The translations under genes were made by a program, and so were the position numbers. A stretch of 44,633 nucleotides of DNA from Nemertoderma westbladi (Eukaryota > Animalia > Xenacoelomorpha): assembly GCA_032718475.1 (NCBI GenBank), contig JAUCBJ010003656.1:1-44633 (forward strand), in the 5' to 3' direction. Position 1 is the stretch's first letter; every line of letters begins with the position of its first letter. Shown one piece after another: positions 32,406 through 44,380 of the stretch. The notes below the pieces were generated by a model. It saw only the letters and a program-made list of their open reading frames with translations. It was not told where the DNA came from and did no database searches.

Positions 32406-32682
32406 TAAGGTTAGTTACTAATAATAGTTCTATATAGGTCTTAATACTTGCCGCCTTTGATTGCCTTTATGATACTTTATTGATTGCATAAGCTCTCTGC
32501 TCTCAGCTCTTTTCCTTTCGCCTGTAAATCCAACAGGCGTCTGCGACAAAGAAGGGAAGTTTTACCTTATAAAGTGTGGGTTGGATGTTTCCTTAAACCC
32601 CGGTTTATACACTCAAAAAAATTTATTGTTCTCCAAACTGCCAAAAACATTATCAGTACGACAACATAATCTATTTAAAAAA

Positions 32683-32942
32683 TAGAAGAATATATGAGAA
32701 TATATAAAGAATATATGAGAATATATAAAGAATATATGAGAATATATAGAATATATGAGAATATATAAAGAATATATGAGAATATATAAAGAATATATGA
32801 GAATATATAAAGAATATATGAGAATATATAAAGAATATATGAGAATATAAAGAATATATGAGAATATATGAGAATATAAAAATATATGAGAATATAAAGA
32901 ATATATGAGAATATATAAAGAATATATGAGAATATATAGAAT
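32683..32942. repeat. (GAATATATAAAGAATATATGA)n AT-rich satellite, short copy
   Basis: Direct reading. Confidence 0.95.
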
Positions 32943-33575
32943 ACAGGAATTAACTATTATTTAATATTATAATGTTAGAGGACCTGTTGTTTCCTTGTCC
33001 TGTTGTTTCAACGTACTACCTTTGTATTCTAGAATACACTATTTTATGAATTGTGTTAAAGTCAAGCAATGGAAAAAACGTGGCAAAAACGCGGTGAAAA
33101 CGTGGCAAAAAAGCGGCCAAAAATAAGGCAACCAAAATGGGGGGGGGGGGGGGATCCAGGAATTTAATTTCTATGGTGCGCACAATTTGTGAAGTTTATA
33201 CTTTTGGTCTGTGGGCGCTGCCCCAGCGGTTTCCGGGGGGGGGGGGGGGGGGGGGCAGAACCCCTGTTGCCCTGGTGGGGGTAAAGGGGACGGACTCCCA
33301 CCCCGGATTTTTATTTAGATTTTAATATAAAAATATTCATGCAAAAATAATAAAATGCATTTTCTTTTCTATTGATTATTGATGATTTTCGATAACTAAA
33401 TGTACATTTTTTAAAAACTCTAAAATATTTTTTTACTCATTGAACATTTAAAGGATTGGCAGTTATTAATTAGGAGATGAAATACTGATAATCTTTAACA
33501 ATCTTTCAATTTACAATTGACAATCTTTAAATCTATCATAGGCCTACTGTATATCTGTATAATATTAAATAATAA

Positions 33576-35480
33576 TTTTTTTTTTACTCAAAAGCCTCCG
33601 TATATTATGATATAAACAAACAATAATTCAAATATAAAAACGCACATAAACAAGTACAAAAATAACCCACCACCAGCTGATTCAAACTGTTACCTAGCAA
33701 CTAGTGTTGAGAACTGTAACTGTAATTATACTGTAACTGCAACTGTAACTGAATGGTTTTGATGATTTTTTTGATACTGTAACTATAACTGTAACTGTAA
33801 TTGCGAACTTTGAAAACTGTAACTGTAACTGAAACTAATTACGTATTTTGAATACTGTAACTGAAACTGAAACTGAAATTAACAAAATCCGATTCAGTTC
33901 TCAATCACACAATTAACATGAATGAGCATTTAAAACAGTATTGGAATAGTATAGAGTATAGTTTAATAAATGAATAACAGTGGTTACCATAGGTATCATT
34001 TTTAAAACATTGTTATAAAAAAAACAATCTCGTTTTTTCCACTTCTGAACAAAACCATAATATTACACAATATAAAATCAAAGACCCATTGTCCACTTAG
34101 CTCAAATGTGATTTATTTGGCGAGTCAAGTTAGTGAACGAAGATCTACAGTAGCATAGTCTATGTTTATCTGTCTCAACTATTAGACTATTATCAGACCT
34201 TATCACCACTTTTGCTTCATATTAAATGTAAATGTTTTAGATAAACAAAGAAAAGTTAGGCCTAATGGTAGCGGGATATTAACGGATATATATTTTACAT
34301 TATTAATTATTAATGTTTTTACCGGTACTATTAATATCACAATCACACTAGAGGCCTACTGGAAATTAAATTTTGATCAAGTTTACCATTATAAATTACA
34401 AAGTTAAACTTAAAAGTGAAAGGAGCAGCTTATCGAGGTGGGTCTAACCAAAATATTAAATATATGATTACTAAAACAAATTACGAATTAAGGAAAATGA
34501 GCAGGATTCAGAAGCATGGCTTTTATAACCAAAACAATAAATGATAACAGTACTGTACTGTACAAGCACTGAAACAAGATGTACAGTAAAGTGTGGGTGC
34601 CTTTAGTGTGATCTTGTGACGTGCCACTTTCATTACATACTATCAGTATATTAGTTACAAAATATTACCATAGCGTGGGTCCAACTTTCCTTCAACAACT
34701 ACCTATTAGCTCTAGAAAGAGGACGTTTCGTAATGAACATTATTATTAGCGTATATAACAGTAATATATTAAAGTGCCTCATTTTTAGTTTCAGATGACT
34801 GCTTACTACGTGAGATCATATATATTGAATATATAACTGAAACTGTAACTGAAACTGAAATGCTCAATTTTGTAATACTGAAACTGTAACTGTAACTGAA
34901 ATGTTACACTTTGTAATACTGAAACTGTAACTGAAACTGAAATGCAAAACTTTGAATACTGAAACTGTAACTGTAACTGAAATTAGTCAAGATTGATTCA
35001 GTTCTCAACACTACTAGCAACAATACAAATTGGTTCAGTTCACCAGTCTGCCACTACTGCCGGTACCCAACAAAACCTGCCAGACCTCTAGCATCTAAGA
35101 TCCAAGCCGTCCGGGGTCCGAGTCCGCGTTCGCCCCCACAATGGACGCGTCCACCACCGCTGCCCGCTCCGGTCTTCTAACGGCCGACCGGAACCCACGG
35201 AGGCACATCAGGGACGACCGGAGTAAGGCGAAGTTGATGCGTCGCCGCACCCACGCTACCGACTCCGGGTAGGGAACCTGTCGTTTCTCCGACACCGCCA
35301 GCCGCTTTAACAAACTGCTTCGCAACCGGCGCCATGCCCCCGAACGCGGAAAATATGAGGGGGGTGAAGGTTGAGTGCTCAACCTCACGGATCTTCCTCG
35401 CCTCGTGCAGTCGTGATGGAGGTGGGCGGCGTCCAGCGACATCGCTGCGTTGGTGTCCGCCAGCGGGTTGAACACCGGCA
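33576..35480 (-). mobile_element. 3' end of a CRE-like (restriction-like endonuclease) non-LTR retrotransposon, interrupted by a hAT element
   Basis: 35480-35095 translates, with frameshifts, to VFNPLADTN...KIREVEHSTFTPLIFSAFGGMA...KRLA..SEKR..PY..VAWVRRRINFALLRSSLMCLRG. The T-rich 3' UTR ends in poly(A) at 33585-33576. Confidence 0.75.
33702..35013. mobile_element. Non-autonomous hAT DNA transposon
   Basis: 15-bp TIR TAGTGTTGAGAACTG / CAGTTCTCAACACTA; perfect 8-bp TSD CTAGCAAC (33694-33701, 35014-35021); subterminal AACTGT/AACTGA repeats. Confidence 0.93.
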
Positions 35481-36271
35481 CCTTTAATTTTATTATTATT
35501 TTTTCACTGTTCAAGTAAATTACATTGATGTAAAAATTGGCGACGCCCCTGTCTGTAACTGGTAGGCCGGTGCCAGCAGTCTGTATGTAACTGGGAGCCA
35601 GGCGGCAGCGGTCTTTCTTTGACAGTTAATCATAAGAATGTAATTTAAAGTGATAACTAACACACAATGGTATCTATACTAAGGTTAGTTACTAATAATT
35701 GTTCTATAAAGGTCTTAATACTTGCCGCCTTTGATTGCCTTTATGAGACTTTATTGATTGCATAAGCTCGCTGCTCTCAGCTCTTTTCCTTTCGCCTGTA
35801 AATCCAACAGGCGTCTGCGACAAAGAAGGGAAGTTTTACCTTATAAAGTGTGGGTTGGATGTTTCCTTAAAGCCCGGTTTATACACTCAAAAAAATTTAT
35901 TGTTCTCCAAACTGCCAAAAACATTATCAGCACGACAACATAATCTACAGTTGTGTTCTCAATTAAAGTCCATTCTTCAATCTGTTCAATCTGTTCAATT
36001 TCCTCAATCTGCAAAACTCTTTCATGGCACCGCAAGTTTCTAGCCTACTGAGTGATTGACAGACGGTCGTGGTTGGCTCCCCAAAGTAAAGCTGTTTGTT
36101 GATTTGAATGAGTAGATTAATGCAGGGATCAGATAAATTATGGGGCACTTGCAAGCCAATAAAGTAAATGTATTTTAGTAAGCATTATTTACAGTATATT
36201 ACAAATTAAATGTTTACTAACTGATTAAATTTAACATGGTATAGCAAATAAAGAGATCATACCATAAATTG

Positions 36272-36710
36272 GGTGTGGCTGGTATAGGTGGTTCGGGTGT
36301 GGCTGGTCTATGTGGTTCGGGTGTGGCTGGTCTAGGTGGTTCGGGTGTGGCTGGTCTAGGTGGTTAGGGTGTGGCTGGTCCAGGTGTTTCGGGTGTGGCT
36401 GGTATAGGGGGTTCGGGTGTAGCTGGTCTAGGTGGTTCGGGTGTGGATGGCCTAGGTGGTTCGGGTGTGGCTGGTCCAGGTGGTTCGGGTGTGGCTGGTC
36501 CAGGTGGTTCAGGTGTGGCTGGTCCAGGTGGTTCGGGTGTGGCTGGTATAGGGGGTTCGGGTGTGGCTGGTCTAGGTGGTTCGGGTGTGGCTGGGTTAGG
36601 AAGTTCTGGTTTGGGTGTGGCTGGTCTAGGTTGTTTGGGTGTGGCTGGGTTAGGAAGTTCTGGTTTGGGTGTGGGTGGTCTAGGTGGTTCGGGTGTGGCT
36701 GGGTTAGAAG
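36272..36710. repeat. 24-bp G-rich tandem repeat (GGTGGTTCGGGTGTGGCTGGTCYA)
   Basis: Direct reading; translates as GGSGVAG[PLI] on the plus strand. Confidence 0.95.
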
Positions 36711-37114
36711 GTATGGTTGCCGGTATCACAACATTGGGAAATTCTGGCCCTGCTCCTTGGTACGGACAACAACAGTTGATCAATTTACTTACACAGTTTG
36801 TTTTGAGTTTGCAATCAACTAATTTAATATTAATGGAGAATAGCGCTATGTCATTGCGTCTTACTGATGCTATTGAACGTTTAATGTCACAAGGGAATGA
36901 TGTTCTACCCGCGGCTGAAAAAACACTATCATCCACACGGTCAAATAAATCCGAACAATTGGAAACCATTCCATTGCGAAAGTATGGCATCTCCTTGGAA
37001 ACTCTGCGAAACCTTAGTCAGAATCCAGACGCAGAATCAAGAGGAAAATTTCTCTTACGGGTTTTGGAAAAAATTTTGGCTTTAAAAAATAGAAGAATAT
37101 ATGAGAATATATAA
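36371..37114 (+). pseudogene. Fragment: Gly-rich repeats, helical/coiled-coil segment and possible BEN-domain start
   Basis: Open frame runs ~400 nt beyond the repeat in AT-rich DNA and ends SRGKFLLRVLEKIL at the satellite. A TCG-to-TAG change upstream and no ATG start. Confidence 0.4.
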
Positions 37115-37812
37115 AGAATATATGAGAATATATAAAGAATATAAAGGAATATAAAGAATATATGAGAATATATATAGAATATATGAGAATATATAAAGAA
37201 TATATGAGAATATAAAGAATATATGAGAATATAAAGAATATATGAGAATATATAAAGAATATATGAGAATATATAAAGAATATAAAGGAATATAAAGAAT
37301 GTATGAGAATATATAAAGAATATATGAGAATATATAAAGAATATATGAGAATATAAAGAATATAAAGAATATATGAGAATATATAAAGAATATATGAGAA
37401 TATATAGAATATATGATAATATATAAAGAATATATGAGAATATAAAGAATATATGAGAATATAAAGAATATATGAGAATATATAAAGAATATATGAGAAT
37501 ATATAAAGAATATAAAGGAATATAAAGAATATATGAGAATATATAAAGAATATATGAGAATATAAAGAATATATGAGAATATATAGAATATATGAGAATA
37601 TATATAGAATATATGAGAACATATAAAGAATATATGAGAATATATAAAGAACATATGAGAATATAAAGAATATATGAGAATATAAAGAATATATGAGAAT
37701 ATATAAAGAATATATGAGAATATATAAAGAATATATGAGAATATATAAAGAATATATGAGAATATATAAAGAATATATGAGAATATAAAGAATATGTGAG
37801 AATATATAGAAT
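37092..37812. repeat. (GAATATATAAAGAATATATGA)n AT-rich satellite, long copy
   Basis: Direct reading. Confidence 0.95.
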
Positions 37813-38100
37813 ACAGGAATTAACAATTATTTAAAATTATAATGTTAGACCTGTTGTTTCCTTGTCCTGTTGTTTCAACGTACTACATATGTACCGGTAT
37901 TCTAGAATACACTATTTTATGAATTGTGTTAAAGTCAAGCAATGGAAAAAACGTGGCAAAAACGCGGGGAAAACGTGGCAAAAAAAGCGGCCAAAAATAC
38001 GGCAACCAAAATGGTCCTTAACGAAATATGAAATGTCAGAGAACAACTGTTATTCCCAACCTAAACCAATTCAAACCATTATGGAATTCTGAATTAATTA

Positions 38101-38970
38101 GGGTGGTGCGCTTTTTACTTTTTTTCGATTCTATTGCTCTACAGGTGCACCAAAGTTGCTAAATGGTAAAAAAGTAAGGCAAAAAAAATTTATTTAAATT
38201 TCGTCTATATCTTCACGGATCCCAAGAGGGTTAAATTTTGAGCCATCGCGATGCACCATAATGAGATATATAACAATTTAACACATTGATGAAAGATCAA
38301 TGACTCAAAGAAAGAACTTCCTGCATGCATCAAATGTGATCAAATGGGTCCAAACTTAGTTAGATAGTTGGGACTAAGGGAAGTAGTGCCACGGGCACAT
38401 GGCCAGAACCTACCCTTTGGCACAAGTGACTCTTATTCTCAATTTTGGCGATGGACAACTTTTAGGCTATAAAAAGGCTGTAATGTAGACTTGTGCCTGA
38501 CTTCACATTTTCTGCGATATCTCAAGAACTATTCGCTCTACGTTTGTTTTGAAGGTGTCTACCCCCACTAAGTCGGACATTGCGGTTCTAATGAGTATAA
38601 TATTAAGCCGTAGGGGAACTCGAAGTTGGCCATCGCGAAAATTGAGAATAATCTAGTGGCACTAGTTCCATTGATCCAAAAATTTAAATTTTGGTATCTA
38701 ACTACAGTAGGTTTGGACCAATTTGAAGACATTTGATGCAGGGAGGAAGTTCTTTCTTGTGTCTTTGATCTTTCATCAATGTGTTATATTTTTATATATC
38801 TCATTAGGGTGCATCGCGACGGCTCAAAATTTCAACCCTCTTGGGATCTGTGAAGATATAGAGGAAATTTAAAGAAATTTTTTTTGCCTTATTTTTTTAC
38901 AGTACCATTTGGCAACTTTTGTGCACCGGTAGAACAATGAAATCGAAAAAAAGTAAAAAACGAACCACCC
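38101..38970. mobile_element. Foldback/MITE-type element with ~290-bp inverted arms, GGGTGGT...ACCACCC ends, TA TSD
   Basis: 38101-~38390 mirrors ~38660-38970; inner inverted repeat ~38432-38462 / 38622-38651. Confidence 0.9.
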
Positions 38971-39678
38971 TAGAAATCATTTTTTAATTTTTTTGGCCAG
39001 ACGAATGACGAGGCTCCTATCAGTTGTCCCCCAACTCATTTCAGATTTCTTGTAATGTGGTGGATATTTCAAAATTTTCTGCCACGCCCTCTTTTTGTAG
39101 TAGCATGTAAAATTATATTTGAGATGACAACACTCAATAGTTTAACCACTTAAGACATTCCCCATAAGAGCTTATCGTATCATCCCCATGAGCTTTCCCC
39201 TTTTTGAGATTTTGAATAGCCTAATGTACCTCCTCTTCTTCAAATGGTTCAAATAAAAAGTATTTAAAGTTATTCCTAGATTAATTTATCGAGATATTTG
39301 TACTTACTGTAGCCAAGTTACAACAGTACCAAGAAAATCATATTTACCACTGTTTAATTCCCTGTAATGTTTCTCGAAAGTATATTGATATCAGTATTAC
39401 CAGTGTCACTTTCGTTGCCGCTACATTTCTGTTTCCAAATTTTTTACTGTCTCTCTGGCTGAGACTTGCTAGAATTTTTGACTGATTTAATTTCTAGTCA
39501 TGTCTCGAATTCCGTAAGACTTTCTATATTTAATACGGGCCTCGTTTACAAGATGCTGTGATGCTGTTGTTATTGCAACGGCATTTATTTACTTTATTAT
39601 TTAAATCCCTAGGTAGGCCTACACCGCATTATATATTTCACTAAATTCCGAATTACCTCCCGTCACCTTTTCTATTAA

Positions 39679-40350
39679 CCCTATTGACCTATTGTCTGCG
39701 TGACTTTTCCTGAAATTTAATGGGCTATCCAACAGCCAAAACGCCATATACATGGATATGCTAGTTTTCGTGCTGTGGTCCCTCTCTGCCCCCATCATCA
39801 GTTTTTTTCGTACTAAAATTTTCAAAAATTTTTTGGCTCACTAACTAACATCAATTTATTTCTAGTATATAACGGTTTTTAGGAAGCTGATCACGAATCG
39901 AATATGACACTGAAATATATCGTTTATTGAAGATTAGGGCATTTTTCTATTTGTGTCAATGAGCGCACTAAAAATACAATTAAAGCACACATTTGATAAT
40001 CAAAAATCATAACCAAATCAACCTGATTGTTAGATATTATGGGTTAACTGGTACGCTGATAACGAATATGACACCCAAAAATATCGTATTATCCATCCAA
40101 ATTCTATATTTGCCGTTTTAAGTTTATGGTACTTGCGTTTTTCGTCTCGCCGGGCACCAAAAATGGATTTGCATTCCGGAAATATTTATAACTAGTTTCA
40201 TCGTGATCAGCGACCTCGAAAACCCTTATACCATCAAAATTGTAATTTTTTGAGCCAAAGTTCTAAAATATTTCTAAAATGACCACCCCCCCCCCCCCCC
40301 CCCCCCCCACTGGACCAATTACGTTGTAAAATAGTCCGGGCCAGATAGGG
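39679..40350. mobile_element. Candidate non-autonomous piggyBac-like element
   Basis: TTAA|CCCTAT ... ATAGGG|TTAA; internal GCTGATCACGA-type inverted repeats. TIR match is short. Confidence 0.5.
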
Positions 40351-40596
40351 TTAAATATTCTGCTATACGGTTGCTTTAAAGTATATCGTATAATATTTCT
40401 ATATGGAAAATAAATAAAGAATACGATATTATATATCTGGGTGAAAAGTCGGAAACACCCCCACCACAGGCTATGTGCCCCCCTAGAGTGCAAGGGTGGC
40501 GTTTCGGAAAAAAGGTGCGACTCGGCATAAAAGTCGCGATAGTTAGGCTATTAAGTAGTCTGTCCTATTCTACTTATTATCCGAAGCAAGGAAAAT

Positions 40597-41296
40597 TCCG
40601 ACTCGGACAATTCCGACTCGGACAATTCCGACTCGGACAATTCCGACTCGGACAATTCCTACCCGGACATTTCTGACCTAGGACGGAATTGTCAGGTTCG
40701 GAATTGTCTGGATCAAAATAAATAAAAATAATTAATAAAAATAACCTGAAATCGATTACAAAAATCTCTGTTCCAGAACACTAATATTTTTCTTAATTGA
40801 TAGCTACAGTAATATATGTTTTAGAACATTTCACAAACCGTAGCAAAGTCTAGCTATAGTATGAAAATTTCGGTGGTGTGCCGTAAACACTATAATGCCG
40901 AATTCGAAAAGTACTATGTAACTATAAAATTACATAGCAAGCGTGTCGAACGAATAATATCCAATGGATATTATCATATTATCCATGGACACAGCCTCAA
41001 TGGCCTCAATCTAATGTTGAATAATAAAACGATGTAAATGTTAAATAGAATTATTATTTATTATCATTCTTATTTTTAAAATATTTGGGTTGGAATTGTC
41101 CTATGGTGGATCCGGGCAACTCCGACCCATGAAAATTTAATTCGATCTTTGAGTGGGTCGGACTAGTCAGGGTCGCAATTGTCCGCGTCGGAATTATCCG
41201 GGTCGGTATTGTCCGGGTCGGTATTGTCCGCGTCGGAATTATCCGGGTCGGAAATGTCCGGGTCGGTATTGTCCGGGTCGGAATTCTCCGTACACC
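40597..41296. mobile_element. MITE-like remnant with inverted arrays of a 15-bp unit
   Basis: (GGACAATTCCGACTC)n at ~40597-40680 and (GGGTCGGWATTGTCC)n at ~41155-41290, ending CCGTACACC. Confidence 0.65.
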
Positions 41297-41344
41297 TTAT
41301 AATCCTAATAATATATTATATGATTGTCCTCGTCTTCGGCCTCT

Positions 41345-43890
41345 GCAGTTGCATTGGGCTGAGGCTAGTGGAAGGGTGGAGCTGGAGCCACAGCGGGTGG
41401 TATAGGGAGGAGCAGTTGGATAGGGCTGAGGCTGGTGGAAGGGTGGAGCTGCAGCCACAGCGGGTGGTATAGGGAGGAGCAGTTGCATTGGGCTGAGGCT
41501 GGTGGAAGGGTGGAGCTGGAGACACAGCGGGTGGCATAGGGAGGAGCAGTTGGATTGGGCTGAGGCTGGTGGAAGGGTGGAGCTGGAGCCACAGCGGGTG
41601 GTATAGGGAGGAGCAGTTGGATAGGGCTGAGGCTGGTGGAAGGGTGGAGCTGCAGCCACAGCGGGTGGTATAGGGAGGAGCAGTTGGATAGGGCTGAGGC
41701 TGGTGGAAGGGTGGAGCTGCAGCCACAGCGGGTGGTATAGGGAGGAGCACTTGGATTGGGCTGAGGCTGGTGGAAGGGTGGAGCTGGAGACACAGCGGGT
41801 GGCATAGGGAGGAGCAGTTGTATTGGGCTGAAGCTGCAGCCACAGCGGCTGAAATAGGGAGGAGCAGTTGGATTGGGCTGATGCTGGTGGAAGGGTGGAG
41901 CTGGAGCAACAGCGGGTGGTATGGGGAGGAGCAGTTGGATTGGGCTGAGGCTGGTGGAAGGGTGGAGCTGGAGCCACAGCGGGTGGCATAGGGAGGAGCA
42001 GTTGGATTGGGCTGAGGCTGGTGGAAGGGTGGAGCTGGAGCCACAGCGGGTGGCATAGGGAGGAGCAGTTGGATTGGGGTGAGGCTGATGGAAGGGTGGA
42101 GCTAGAGCCACAGCGGTGGTATAGGGAGGAGCAGTTGGATTGGGCTGAGGCTGGTAGAATGGTGGAGCTGGAGCCACAGCGGGTGGTATAGGGAGGAGCA
42201 GTTGGATTGGGCTGAGGCTGGTGGAAGGGTGGAGCTGGAACCACAGCGGGTGGTATAGGGTGGAGCAGTTGCATTGGGCTGAGGCTGGTGGAAGGGTGGA
42301 GATGGAGCCACAGCGGGTGGTATAGGCAGGAGCAGTTGGATTGGGCTGAGGCTGGTGGAAGGGTGGAGCTGGAGCCACAGCGGGTGGCATAGGGAGGAGC
42401 AGTTGGATTGGGCTGAGGCTGGTGGAAGGGTGAAGCTGGAACCACAGTGGGTGGTATAGGGTGGGGCAGTTGCATTGGGCTGAGGCTGGTGGAAGGGTGG
42501 AGCTGGAGCCACAGCGGGTGGTATCAGGATGAGCAGTTGGATTGGGGTGAGGCTGATGGAAGGGTGGAGCTGGAGCCACAGCGGTGGTATAGGGAGGAGC
42601 AGTTGGATTGGGCTGAGGGTGGTGGAAGGGTGGAGCTGGAGCCACGCGGGTGGTATAGGGAGGAGCAGTTGGATTGGGCTGAGGCTGGTGGAAGGGTGGA
42701 CCTGGAGCCACAGCGGGTGGTATACGGAGGAGCAGTTGGATTGGGCTGAGGCTGGTGGAAGGGTGGAGCTTGAGCCACAGCGGGTGGTATAGGGAGGAGC
42801 AGTTGGATTGGGCTGAGGCTGGTGGAAGGGTGGAGCTGGAGCCACTGCGGGTGGTATTGGGAGGAGCAGTTGGATTGGGCTGAGGGTGATGGAAGGGTGG
42901 AGCTGGAGCCACAGCGAATGGTATCGGGAGGGGCAGTTGTATTGGGCTGAGGCTGGTGGAAGGGTGGAGCTGGAGCCACAGCGGGTGGTATAGGGAGGAG
43001 CAGTTGGATTGGGCTGAGGCTGGTGGAAGGGTGGAGCTGGAGCCACAGCGGGTGGTATAGGGGGGAGCAGTTGGATTGGGCTGAGACTGATAGAAGGGTG
43101 GAGCTGGAGCCACAGCGGGTGGTATAGGGAGAAGCAGTTGGATTGGGCTGAGGCTGGTGGAAGGGTGGAGCTGGAGCCACAGCGGGTGGTATAGGGAGGA
43201 GCAGTTGGATTGGACTGAAGCTGCAGCCACAGCGGCTGAAATAGGGAGGAGCAGTTGGATTGGGCTGATGCTGGTGGAAGGGTGGAGCTGGAGCAACAGC
43301 GGGTGGTATTGGGAGGAGCAGTGGGATTGGGCTGAGGCTGGTGGAAGGGTGGAGCTAGAGCCACAGAAGGTGTTATAGGGAGGAGCAGTTGGATTGGGCT
43401 GAGGCTGGTGGAAGGGTGGAGCTGGAGCCACAGCGGGTGGTATAGGGAGGAGCAGTTGGATTGGACTGAAGCTGCAGCCACAGCGGCTGAAATAGGGAGG
43501 AGCAGTTGGATTGGACTGATGCTGGTGGAAGGGTGGAGCTGGAGCCACAGCGGGTGGTATAGGGAGGAGCAGTGGGATTGGGCTGAGGCTGGTGGAAGGG
43601 TGGAGCTGGAGCCACATCGGGTGCTATAGGGAGGAGCAGTTTGATTGGGCTGAAGCTGGTGGAGCTGGAGCCACAGCGGGTGTTATAGGGAGGAGCAGTT
43701 GGATTGGGCTGAGGCTGGTGGAAGGGTGGAGCTGTAGCCACTGCGGGTGGTAGGGAGGAGCAGTTTGATTGGGCTGAAGCAGCTTGAGCTGGAGCCACAG
43801 CTGGTGGTATAGGGAGGAGCAGTTGGATTGGGCTGAGGCTGTTGGAAGGGTGGAGCTGAAGCCATAACGGGTGGTATAGGGAGGAGCGGT
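41345..43890. repeat. 67-bp G-rich minisatellite, ~38 units
   Basis: GGGAGGAGCAGTTGGATTGGGCTGAGGCTGGTGGAAGGGTGGAGCTGGAGCCACAGCGGGTGGTATA repeated, with some shorter variants. Confidence 0.97.
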
Positions 43891-44322
43891 TGCCCTGGTG
43901 ACATTACGATCCAATCAGGGTACCAAGTGCTGGGTGCCTCTCAAAAGGTAGGTATTTTTACACAATGCCTTTTTTTGCAGAATCGCACCTTTTTTGACGA
44001 AAGGCAACGACATCGATATATAACACATCTATTATTTATCTTTATATTTTGCCGAGGCGCAACTTCACTTTTACGTTCTGTTCAAAGGCGCAGTATGCGA
44101 TAGTTAAAAAACAAGACACATACAGTATCATCACTCAAATAAAACAGACCAAAACAAAACAATACCAATAAAATAATTGAGGCTATTACAATGTACAGTA
44201 TTAGCTATTTACAAAATGTGTAATAAAATTCAAGAAATTGCTCGTTAAATAATTAATAGAAACAAATAATCTCCATTAACGTTCATCCATAATGTGGTTT
44301 AACTTTAAAGAGGTGTTTTTAA

Positions 44323-44380
44323 CCCGCCGAAGACCGTTTGATTCAGGTTACACCCAGGACCGTTTGGGTCAAATTGACCC
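44323..44380 (+). mobile_element. Possible left end of a piggyBac-like element
   Basis: TTAA|CCC followed by the palindrome GGGTCAAATTGACCC; no partner end in the window. Confidence 0.3.

Larger units (their letters stand above)
30956..33140 (+). repeat. Local segmental duplication, copy A (of 35480-38014)
   Basis: Colinear high identity; copy A carries an insertion (31151-32405) and lacks 35948-37080. Confidence 0.92.
35480..38014 (+). repeat. Local segmental duplication, copy B
   Basis: Matches 30956-33140. Confidence 0.92.

Noticed and set aside
36364-36990. Pro-rich minus-strand ORF (PATPEPPRP)n
   Set aside because: Antisense of the longer plus-strand frame; no independent support, though strand cannot be fully settled.
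37014-37826. 270-aa and 190-aa hydrophobic ORFs
   Set aside because: Translations of the AT-rich satellite.
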